From an uncultured Gammaproteobacteria bacterium (GTDB lineage: Bacteria > Patescibacteriota > Patescibacteriia > UBA9934): a stretch of 64,000 bases of DNA. Position 1 is the first letter of the stretch, and each line of letters opens with the position of its first letter. The stretch is from positions 291,009 through 355,008 of the forward strand of contig CAYVLY010000001.1 of the NCBI GenBank assembly GCA_964452565.1. The letters run 5' to 3'. Below are positions 56,973 through 64,000 of the stretch, one piece after another. The notes beneath the pieces were generated by a model. The model was given only the letters and a program-made list of their open reading frames with translations, was not told the origin of the DNA and searched no databases. The position numbers and the translations under genes were made by a program.

Positions 56973-57131
56973 TCACTGTACCCTCTCGAACCGGGTGGTC
57001 GAGTGGGTGATGTCGTTCACGACTGCATCGATCGCTGCACTTGCCCTGCTCACGCCCTTGAGGGCGCAGATCAGAAGCACCGCGATGAATGCAAGACGGA
57101 AAAATGGAACTTCGACGATATTTTCGAACAT
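56973..57131 (-). CDS. putative 52-aa membrane peptide (island)
   Basis: Manual translation MFENIVEVPFFRLAFIAVLLICALKGVSRASAAIDAVVNDITHSTTRFERVQ. Confidence 0.3.
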   Translation of the reverse strand: MFENIVEVPFFRLAFIAVLLICALKGVSRASAAIDAVVNDITHSTTRFERVQ

Positions 57132-57265
57132 GGGACTCTCCGGTTGGTGGGTTGTTCTCTTCCCAGACCTTTACAAAGTTCTTGAACTAATGTTCCAGGT
57201 CTTTGCTAAGGTGCGGCGCGTCGATCAGATCAACGCGCCGCAACGAGGATGAAGGGACGGTATCG

Positions 57266-57727
57266 CTACAGCCCCATCTCCTTCAGCTCCCGCTGGTACT
57301 CGCGGCACTGGCGACGCTGGGCCTTCTTCTCGAAGTCGCGACAGCTGAGCTGCGCGAGCTCCGTAGTCCAGGCGCTGAGCTCCTCCTCGAGGGTGGGTTC
57401 GGGCTGGGCCAGGGTCTCGGGGCCGATGCTGTCGGTGCGGTACACGCCGACGGCCTCGATCTCCTTGGCCAGCTGCGCATCCTTCCAGGCCTGCCAGGCC
57501 TGGATCTCGGCGGCCGTGGGGCCCTCCTCCTTCTGCACCTCGACCTCGACGGTCTCGGCGGGCAGGAAGTCGGAGAGGGTGGCCAGCGGGGCTTCGACCA
57601 GCTCGGGCGCTGCCTCGGCCTTGCCACCGTGCACCAGGTGCATGACACCCAGACCGGCGGTGAAGCCGATGGTGAGCAGGACGAGCAGGGCGGCGAGCAG
57701 GGCGGCGGCGATGGCGATATACTTCAT
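57266..57727 (-). CDS. secreted hypothetical protein (first island cassette at the right border)
   Basis: Signal peptide MKYIAIAAALLAALLVLLTIGFTAG; alternative overlapping minus-frame ORFs are Arg/Pro-rich GC artefacts. Confidence 0.5.
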   Translation of the reverse strand: MKYIAIAAALLAALLVLLTIGFTAGLGVMHLVHGGKAEAAPELVEAPLATLSDFLPAETVEVEVQKEEGPTAAEIQAWQAWKDAQLAKEIEAVGVYRTDSIGPETLAQPEPTLEEELSAWTTELAQLSCRDFEKKAQRRQCREYQRELKEMGL

Positions 57728-57961
57728 GATGTACTCCAGGATTCTCGAATTGGGGTTGGGGACTTGGTAGACGAGATCTGAACACTTTTTATATTCAGGT
57801 CTCGTCTACCAAATGTAGCTTGTTAAAGAAAACCGGCTATCTTTCTTGATTTAAGAGAGATAACCGGTTTTCCACCACAGATCACCATATAACAGGATCA
57901 CTGTGATAATGCTTCTTAACCCAGAAGCTGGGGCTCTCTCTGATTGTGAAGTTCCTTGATC

Positions 57962-58050
57962 TTTACATGTAGTACTATAGCACAAAATCGACCTTTTGTC
58001 AAGGCCTAAGGCCGGATTTTAGGCTAATTTTAGTCTATTTTAAAAGGCTG
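57962..58050. repeat. AT-rich conserved motif actatagcacaaaatcgaccttttgtcaagg... at the right edge of the GC-rich island (paralogous copy at 63822..63900)
   Basis: About 27/31 identical core with the copy at the window end, plus shared ttttagGCTAattttag blocks. Confidence 0.55.
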
Positions 58051-58088
58051 CCAAATGACAGCCAATCATCAATTTTTCATCAAAATCA

Positions 58089-58799
58089 CTAGCTCAAAAC
58101 GGTCCCCTTAAACCCCTTATTTTGAACTAATTTCCCTATATTCCCAAAATCTTTACCATTAACAATAGCCACCTGCATCTTATCACGCTGACAAAGCCTT
58201 GAAGCCACTGGATCAAATGGTGCAGATTTGCCTGGATGCCAGTCATCTCCCACCATTTTTCGATAATCGCCCCAAGAAAGCTCATCTAAAGGCTTTGCCT
58301 TTGGATTCTTGCGTGGATCCTCAGTATATACATAATCAATATCTGAAGCATTGATCACGCTTTTAACCCCCAATCTCTTTGCCATTCGGCACGCGACATA
58401 GTCTGTGCTCCACCCAGGCTTCCAGCCAGCTCCGATCAGCACTTTACCCTTCCACCTCTTTGGCAACCTGGTCGGATCCTTGATGACCACTGGGTGTGCC
58501 ACTTCTCGAAAAATAGTTCGAAGCAAGTGTGCATTAAGCCGTGTTCCATGAATACCAAGCCAGTCAAGGTCCTCTGCTTCTATTGATTTTCGAACTCCGC
58601 GTGCTGCATCAATATAGTGCCTAGCAGTCTTCCCTCCTCCTGTCACAATCAACAGCTTTCGACTCTTCTTAACCTGCGAATCTACAAATCTCTTTAACTT
58701 TTTTAAAAACTCAACATCTGGTCCTCCATTAGGAACTATCAGCGATCCACCAACCGAAATTATGATTGGTTTGTTGTTTTGGAGTGTGAGTTTGGGCAT
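58089..58799 (-). CDS. pyrH: UMP kinase (amino-acid kinase family)
   Basis: ...IIISVGGSLIV... and ...LLIVTGGGKTARHYIDAAR...; start at MPKLTLQ. The ORF-track start at 58898 would read through the repeat element. Confidence 0.75.
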   Translation of the reverse strand: MPKLTLQNNKPIIISVGGSLIVPNGGPDVEFLKKLKRFVDSQVKKSRKLLIVTGGGKTARHYIDAARGVRKSIEAEDLDWLGIHGTRLNAHLLRTIFREVAHPVVIKDPTRLPKRWKGKVLIGAGWKPGWSTDYVACRMAKRLGVKSVINASDIDYVYTEDPRKNPKAKPLDELSWGDYRKMVGDDWHPGKSAPFDPVASRLCQRDKMQVAIVNGKDFGNIGKLVQNKGFKGTVLS

Positions 58800-58810
58800 A
58801 TTCACTTTCT

Positions 58811-58893
58811 TATCATCCCGGCCATAGAGCCGGGATCCATCGTCATACCAAATTCGATAGTTGATGGACCCCCGATTGGGGTCGGGGTGACAG
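58811..58893. repeat. Structured multi-hairpin element, TGTCATCC...GAATGACA family, copy C, immediately upstream of pyrH
   Basis: tatcatcccggccatagagccgggatccatcg...cgatagttgatgga...ggggtgaca. Confidence 0.65.
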
Positions 58894-58906
58894 AGCAACG
58901 AGCCAA

Positions 58907-59266
58907 TCAGGCTCGCTTTTTTGGTTTAATTGTTTTCAACAGGTAATTCGTGATTACAGATACTGCCCAGAGCACCACTGCTGCAGCCAGGGCCGTCCAG
59001 AATCCTTCGATCTCCACACCTTTCACCATTGTTCCCATCAGCAAAATCATTAAAGCATTTATCACAAACGTGAACAATCCAAGCGTCAGAATATTAACTG
59101 GCAAAGTTAGTATCAAAAGCACTGGTCGTATTATCGCGTTGATCAACCCAAGTATCAAAGCGGCGATCAAGGCATGATAGAACGTATCTACACTAAAACC
59201 TACGAGTAACTCTGTTACAAGTAGTAATGCTAAGGCATTGATAAGCCATCGAAGTAGTAGTTTCAT
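58907..59266 (-). CDS. 4-TM small membrane protein (DUF360 / phage-holin-4-like)
   Basis: MKLLLRWLINALALLLVTELLVGFSVD... pattern typical of that family. Confidence 0.45.
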   Translation of the reverse strand: MKLLLRWLINALALLLVTELLVGFSVDTFYHALIAALILGLINAIIRPVLLILTLPVNILTLGLFTFVINALMILLMGTMVKGVEIEGFWTALAAAVVLWAVSVITNYLLKTIKPKKRA

Positions 59267-59269
59267 AAG

Positions 59270-59731
59270 CTAAGCAAGAAAATAATATGGTTGATAATAT
59301 TGAATAAGCATCCACAACAAAGCACTTTCCACTCCCAGTGCAACAAGAGTTTCAAACCATGCAGTCTTCTCTTCTTTCCAGCCCATAAATCCAAAGCCAA
59401 CCAATGGGAAGATTACTAGGTTCAAAAACAACCAGAACAAAGCTGCCACAATAATCATCGACAGTATCGAATACGGTGAATGCGTGATGATCAACCAATC
59501 CTGTTTTACAAATAAAACATAAATCGCTCCATAGGCAGCGCTGGTAATCAAATGAATCAAAAGCCCTACAACAAAAACCTCCCTTTCGTTTAGCTTATAA
59601 CCACGCCAGATATGAACATCTAAAAGTAATGGCAGGTTTTTAACTCGGTGAGAAGTCTCTAAAATAATCGCTGGAAGCGCGATTAAAAAACCAACTAAAG
59701 TTCCAAGTGTAGCTGCTAGTAGGTAGTCCAT
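59270..59731 (-). CDS. hypothetical membrane protein (4 TM)
   Basis: Hydrophobic ORF. Confidence 0.45.
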   Translation of the reverse strand: MDYLLAATLGTLVGFLIALPAIILETSHRVKNLPLLLDVHIWRGYKLNEREVFVVGLLIHLITSAAYGAIYVLFVKQDWLIITHSPYSILSMIIVAALFWLFLNLVIFPLVGFGFMGWKEEKTAWFETLVALGVESALLWMLIQYYQPYYFLA

Positions 59732-59733
59732 AT

Positions 59734-60594
59734 TTATCTAATTGGCTCAACGAAAATAACTACTTTTGCCCCGTTTGCAGGATTGCCATTATTCCAGTCT
59801 CCCATTGCGTTCATTATAACATCAATTTCATACACATACCCTTGTCCATTGCGAGTTCCGGGATCATTGGTAATCCACATGTCATCTGTATACCCACGCA
59901 AGACCAGCATGTGATAAAGCGGCCCTTGTCCTGTAAAATTCGGATTTCCCAACTCACGTCCTGCTGCGGGAACTACGACTGGATACCCTGCTGCGATCTG
60001 ATCTTTAATCTGATCAACTGTTGGGTATTCAACAACATAGGCATCAAGCCCGTAAAATCCCTCGATAAAATCAACTGTTTCTTGTGCAGTAGTATCTAGA
60101 TAATCTCCCAATGTTTTATTTTGATAATCTATGACCTCTAACAAGGCTATATCTGCGACTTCAGCATCAACCAAGCCAGATGCATAACCTTCAAAGTAAA
60201 GCCAAACCATGTAAGCTGAGGCCTCCTCGCAAGCTTCCTGATATGGCAAATCCCAATTCGCATGTGGAGCCTGAGGAGTAAAAGGCACTGCCAGGTTGAT
60301 CTGATCTGGAGTTAGATCCTCAGATTCGATCGAATCCTCGATCATCTCGACGTTAGGAGGGATCTCGGACGACTCTTGGTCGTCCGGCGTCTCAGCCTCA
60401 GCAGATCCTTCGACTCGTCCTTCGGACTCGCTCAGGATGACGGCTTCTGGAACGCTACTATCCCCTGCCGTAACCTCCTCAAAACTAACCTCCTCAACTT
60501 CAACTACTGGTTGCTTATCAAAATCAAGAACAATAAAAGCGCCAACCACCAAAAAGATGATTATAAAAACTCCGACTAAAAGTCTATTACGCAT
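59734..60594 (-). CDS. membrane-anchored C39-like cysteine peptidase domain protein (Peptidase_C39_2-like)
   Basis: N-terminal TM; ...VPFTPQAPHANWDLPYQEACEEASAYMV... resembles the C39_2 catalytic Gln/Cys region. Confidence 0.45.
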   Translation of the reverse strand: MRNRLLVGVFIIIFLVVGAFIVLDFDKQPVVEVEEVSFEEVTAGDSSVPEAVILSESEGRVEGSAEAETPDDQESSEIPPNVEMIEDSIESEDLTPDQINLAVPFTPQAPHANWDLPYQEACEEASAYMVWLYFEGYASGLVDAEVADIALLEVIDYQNKTLGDYLDTTAQETVDFIEGFYGLDAYVVEYPTVDQIKDQIAAGYPVVVPAAGRELGNPNFTGQGPLYHMLVLRGYTDDMWITNDPGTRNGQGYVYEIDVIMNAMGDWNNGNPANGAKVVIFVEPIR

Positions 60595-60944
60595 ACGCCA
60601 GTATCTTCAATATATTCATCACAATGATGGTCATGTGGGCACTCTCCATCATGTGTGCAATAACAATACTCAGTGCAGAGCTCCATACATGCGGTGTCAG
60701 GATCTATAGCCTCGTTTTCCCGACAAGCTGATCCGCACGGCTCCCACTCACCACCTGAGTCATCACACATGGCTTCAGTTAGGCTCTCACTTTGATCAAT
60801 GAACTCTTGGAATTCTTGCGGCCCCTCTTGATTCATCTGATCAATCTTTTGAACAATGCCAAGTACAATAGCAACAAACAACACAGCCAAGACTAATGTC
60901 ATTCGCCAAGGCTTGTATTCGATCTCTTTTCGAAGGTATTTCAT
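60576..60944 (-). CDS. small membrane-anchored Cys-rich protein
   Basis: TM helix, then 13 Cys in about 60 aa. Confidence 0.4.
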   Translation of the reverse strand: MKYLRKEIEYKPWRMTLVLAVLFVAIVLGIVQKIDQMNQEGPQEFQEFIDQSESLTEAMCDDSGGEWEPCGSACRENEAIDPDTACMELCTEYCYCTHDGECPHDHHCDEYIEDTGVCVIDF

Positions 60945-60945
60945 A

Positions 60946-62328
60946 TTATTGTTCGCGTGCCCACTTGATCATATGCCAAGTTGCAAGCACGTCATCTTCA
61001 TTATAATCCATTATCTTTTGTAATTCTGCTCTATCCTCTGAAGCCTGATAGTCATGGAACCATAAAACAGAATTAAGTCCAGATGCATCAGCAGTACGCC
61101 ACTCAAATCCTAAGTGCTTTGCAATGTCTTTGAGGGAATAAAACGGAAGCGGGAATATAACCGACTCCCGGAAAGCTGGCAGAATATCAAACATCTTATT
61201 TGTTAGCTGCTCACGAACTGAATCAGGTGCCTCAAACTCATCCATCATCCTTCGAAATACATCAGTTTCATACCATCCATAGTGATAGATCGGTGATTCT
61301 GGATATTTTTGAACAAAGCTTATAAAGTCATGCCACATCCCTTCTACTTCTGATTCATCTTTTGCAAAAAAACTATGATATGTCTCTTCGCCATCTGCAA
61401 TTTTTAAAACTCCGATTAGATAATGCAAATCTCGCAACGGGTCACTTTCGATATCAATAACAAGTTCAACGTCTTGAGGTTCTGGAAGTTCGACTGGATG
61501 TAATTTAATCACCCTTTCCTCTTTCATGGCCTTAGCTTGCTGCTGTAAAAAGTGAAGTCGATCTGACGTTAGGCCTGAGACTGATGAGATCTGCTGATCG
61601 CTTGCCATTGCTAGAGTTGATAAAGTCGAAAGTCCAGCCTCTTTTAGTGAGTCTGCCTCGCTTCTCCATAAACGATTCAAAAGTGATAGATTGTCACATC
61701 CACGTGCTTGAGCTTCGCATTCTGAAAAGTATGGTGATTGTTTACAGGCAGATGTAAGAAACACTGGCGGCTCATGGCCTTCAAGAATATTCTCAATCTG
61801 ATCAAGCGTTAGTCGAAAGTCTGCCAAAATATCATCAATCAAATAACCCTCAATCTCACCGTTCGTGTGGAGCACATATCCTTGAACTGGACGAATGCCC
61901 TGGATCCTTTCAAGGATCTCAGCATAAAACGCACCCTGGAATCTATACTCATCTTTCAGATGCGATGATCGCTTAACATCGCATGCCACATAGTACCAGC
62001 CTCCCAATTCTGACTTGCCCTCAACGCGTTCAAGAATATCAGGCCGTCCAACCCAGTGGCCGTGGATTAGCGCGCCGCGATAGATAGTCTGAATCCCCTG
62101 TCCCATGAGCTCAAGTGTGCGCTGAGCTGCCTCATCTACATCATCAAAATCAACTTCTACATAATCACGATCCTTTAGAAGCTCAAGTTCACGTTCGCGC
62201 AAAAGCCCCTCATCCTGAAGTTTACGCATTAAAGGCTCGCGAACATCCTCACCATCACGAAGCTCATGCATTATCCAATGCGGGCATTTGAGATACTTAT
62301 AAAATGTTTGTTCAGTGATCTTATTCAT
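60946..62328 (-). CDS. RecB-family (PD-(D/E)XK) nuclease, TM0106-like, with a C-terminal RNase-H-like domain
   Basis: N-terminal YKYLKCPHW...; ...YYVACDVKRSSHLKDEY...; C-terminal ...LVIDIESDP... DEDD-like block. Confidence 0.5.
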   Translation of the reverse strand: MNKITEQTFYKYLKCPHWIMHELRDGEDVREPLMRKLQDEGLLRERELELLKDRDYVEVDFDDVDEAAQRTLELMGQGIQTIYRGALIHGHWVGRPDILERVEGKSELGGWYYVACDVKRSSHLKDEYRFQGAFYAEILERIQGIRPVQGYVLHTNGEIEGYLIDDILADFRLTLDQIENILEGHEPPVFLTSACKQSPYFSECEAQARGCDNLSLLNRLWRSEADSLKEAGLSTLSTLAMASDQQISSVSGLTSDRLHFLQQQAKAMKEERVIKLHPVELPEPQDVELVIDIESDPLRDLHYLIGVLKIADGEETYHSFFAKDESEVEGMWHDFISFVQKYPESPIYHYGWYETDVFRRMMDEFEAPDSVREQLTNKMFDILPAFRESVIFPLPFYSLKDIAKHLGFEWRTADASGLNSVLWFHDYQASEDRAELQKIMDYNEDDVLATWHMIKWAREQ

Positions 62329-62426
62329 ACATGCTGATAGTATAGCAAAATTGATGGAATTAAGGGGGAAGCATGAAGCCCGCGACCAGATGGATCGCGG
62401 ACTGACGGATGAGACGAACGGTTGAG

Positions 62427-63026
62427 CTAGAAGCTCAGGGCGAACACGCCACGCATGGCGTGCAAGTAGTCATCGCCCTCGAAGTCCATGTAGTACTGAA
62501 GTTCGAGGTGGAACGGACCCTGTGTGAAGCCGATGTGCGGGCCGTAGTCGATGTCGGAGTTGACCTGCTCAGCCTGGGCCCCGAAGTTCATGCATGGCTG
62601 TTCGGAGTTGTAGTCAGCGGCATAGTAGCCGTAGACCACTTGACCAGCGTCACCCTCTCCAGCCACGAAATCACCCTCGAGGAACAGGCTCAATGACTCG
62701 TACCCGAGCACCATCCACAGCGAGCCGCCAAAGGCATCTGCCTCCTCGAACCAGTCGAGGAACACTGCAGCCTGGGGGGAGATCCAGAGGCTCACATCAC
62801 CGAGCTGAGCAGTGAACGTCGGCCCCACATAGATGACCGTGGGCGAGAACTGAGCCTTCGGGATGTCGAACAGGTGCAGACTTGCACGCGCCCCAGAACC
62901 GTCTACCGTGGGCAACTCACCACCGATGATGGCAACCGCCTGCGTGCCAGTCCAAGTCCCGGCGCGAGCGGCAGTTGGAAGGCCCAGAATGGACAGGAAG
63001 AGGATCAAAACGATCGGATTCCGCAT
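62427..63026 (-). CDS. secreted hypothetical protein in a second GC-rich segment
   Basis: Strong RBS aaggaggtg 8 nt before ATG; signal peptide MRNPIVLILFLSILGLPTAARA; roughly 60% GC. Confidence 0.5.
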   Translation of the reverse strand: MRNPIVLILFLSILGLPTAARAGTWTGTQAVAIIGGELPTVDGSGARASLHLFDIPKAQFSPTVIYVGPTFTAQLGDVSLWISPQAAVFLDWFEEADAFGGSLWMVLGYESLSLFLEGDFVAGEGDAGQVVYGYYAADYNSEQPCMNFGAQAEQVNSDIDYGPHIGFTQGPFHLELQYYMDFEGDDYLHAMRGVFALSF

Positions 63027-63151
63027 GACAAACACCTCCTTGTTGGGGTCAGTACGGATAAGGAACTTAGCATGGATCAACACCTTGGTCAATCATGCAT
63101 TCACCGAATTCTGACAAAAATCCCCTCATCTCTTTTTGATCTTTTCTATAC

Positions 63152-63189
63152 AAAAAAAGCACCCCCGCAACGAGATGCTGGCGGGGGGC
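63152..63189 (-). terminator. rho-independent terminator on the minus strand (gccccccgc...gcgggggtgc hairpin plus T-run)
   Basis: Plus strand reads caaaaaaagcacccccgcaacgagatgctggcggggggc. Confidence 0.55.
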
Positions 63190-63821
63190 AAGATGTTGTG
63201 GCGCCCCCGGCCGATCGGCGCTTGATGGCCGTATGCGGGGGTGCCCTCGTATTTCGCTGCTAGGGATTGGGAAAGCCCATGATTACAGCTAGTACTCAGT
63301 GCCGACGAATCAGCACTGGAGAGTGAGGGGTCCAACGGTCGAACCCAGCGACTCACTCCACGTATTTAATCGGTTTAGAGAACTTATACCATCCCTCCTT
63401 CTTGTCTCGAATCTTGGTATAAGTCGGTCCATTATGACCTATATTACGTTCCCTTCTCCCTCTAACGTTCGATTCGTCGGGAGCGCGCGGCCGCGATGGG
63501 CCAATTCCGCATTTCAGGTGCCTTTCGATATCTACTCGGCTGTCTGCAGGTTGGGATCTCCGGATTGGCATCCGAAGTCCTGCATCCTTATTTCCACCGC
63601 GGACCCGGTGGAACCTGTGTCATCTTTCACTCATTACAGCCCTATGTTTTTGGGACCAACCTTTTGGGGTTGATTAACGATGACTCTCAACTGCGTGCTA
63701 GTAGCTACGCAGCCTGGGCCGGGCCTGGGTGACGCCGCGCGGGCTACCACTCTTGGGGTCACACTCAGTAACCGCCTGGTAACCGGCCGCGTCGACGTTG
63801 AACGCCTCGGCACTTCAGGAC

Positions 63822-63900
63822 TGAAACTATAACACAAAATCGAACTCTTGTCAAGTGCTTGCTTGACTTTTTAAACTAAAATTAGCCTATTTTTAGCCTT
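63822..63900. repeat. Second copy of the AT-rich conserved motif (actataacacaaaatcgaactcttgtcaagtg...) at the right edge of the second GC-rich segment
   Basis: See 57962..58050. Confidence 0.55.
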
Positions 63901-64000
63901 AACTACCAACGTGTAACGTTGGTAGTTTTACAAAAAATCAGCCGCCTCTCAGCGTCTGATTTTCGTTTTATCTTGTTTTTAAAGGCTATTCTGTGCTCTC

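Larger units (their letters stand above)
49930..57830. mobile_element. GC-rich (about 60%) island of about 12 small minus-strand genes, each followed by a conserved hairpin repeat: integron-like / CALIN-like cassette array or a novel repeat-delimited variable-gene array
   Basis: Abrupt GC shift from about 38% to about 60% at both borders; inserted between rplJ and pyrH; genes all same orientation, small, mostly with signal peptide, lipobox or TM; 10 or more copies of the CCGACCGAAGGGTTC...AAACACTTTGGTCGG hairpin at gene 3' ends; bounded on the right by a 17-bp perfect-arm hairpin (about 57768-57820). Confidence 0.55.

Noticed and set aside
55882-57252. Long plus-strand ORF (456 aa) and many other plus- and minus-frame ORFs across 55.4-57.8 kb
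   Set aside because: They are antisense to, or overlapping, the lipoprotein and secreted genes. They are Arg/Gly/Pro/Ala-rich with repetitive composition, typical of spurious open frames in 60% GC DNA. The minus-strand genes chosen have signal peptides or lipoboxes and the consistent ORF-hairpin architecture.
58800-58898. N-terminal 33 aa of the ORF-track pyrH (MLCHPDPNRGSINYRIWYDDGSRLYGRDDKKVN)
   Set aside because: It is translated through the multi-hairpin repeat element. UMP kinase homology starts at MPKLTLQNNKPIIISVGGS.

Overview
The window looks like a small-genome, low-GC (about 38-40%) bacterial chromosome, probably CPR/Patescibacteria-like. Genes are compact and mostly on the minus strand. 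Recognisable core genes are: nrdJ (class II ribonucleotide reductase with an ATP cone, partial at the window start), two ECF sigma factors, a DnaQ-like exonuclease, an Lpd-family flavoprotein, a LOG-family protein, a DUF2207 membrane protein, MltG, cytidine deaminase, a sugar-phosphate nucleotidyltransferase, a PAP2 phosphatase, GpmI, the mraZ-rsmH-ftsL segment, DUF362, an AstE/AspA-family protein, an ABC exporter, AlkD-like and MGMT repair proteins, GpsA, rplJ-rplL, pyrH, a TsaB-like protein, one tRNA-Gln(TTG), and two paralogous large BNR-repeat secreted proteins. An IS200-like REP-associated tyrosine transposase is flanked by its own palindromic REP-like repeats. The most striking region is a roughly 7.9-kb island at about 60% GC (about 49.9-57.8 kb), inserted between rplJ and pyrH. 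It carries about 12 small same-strand genes that mostly encode secreted, lipoprotein or membrane proteins. Each gene is followed by a conserved roughly 40-nt hairpin repeat (CCGACCGAAGGGTTCnnnTTnnTTnAAACACTTTGGTCGG). Two copies of that repeat carry a nested, roughly 80-nt multi-hairpin element in their loop, and the same element also occurs at two sites elsewhere in the window. This looks like an integron-like or CALIN-like cassette array with a non-canonical recombination-site repeat, but no integrase is visible in the window. Other notable structures are a tandem quartet of paralogous small genes joined by two 147-bp 100%-identical repeats (module shuffling by gene conversion), a second GC-rich segment at 62.3-63.8 kb, a conserved AT-rich motif at the right edge of both GC-rich segments, and several families of intergenic hairpin repeats. 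All coordinates for non-CDS elements are approximate (about +/-2 nt).
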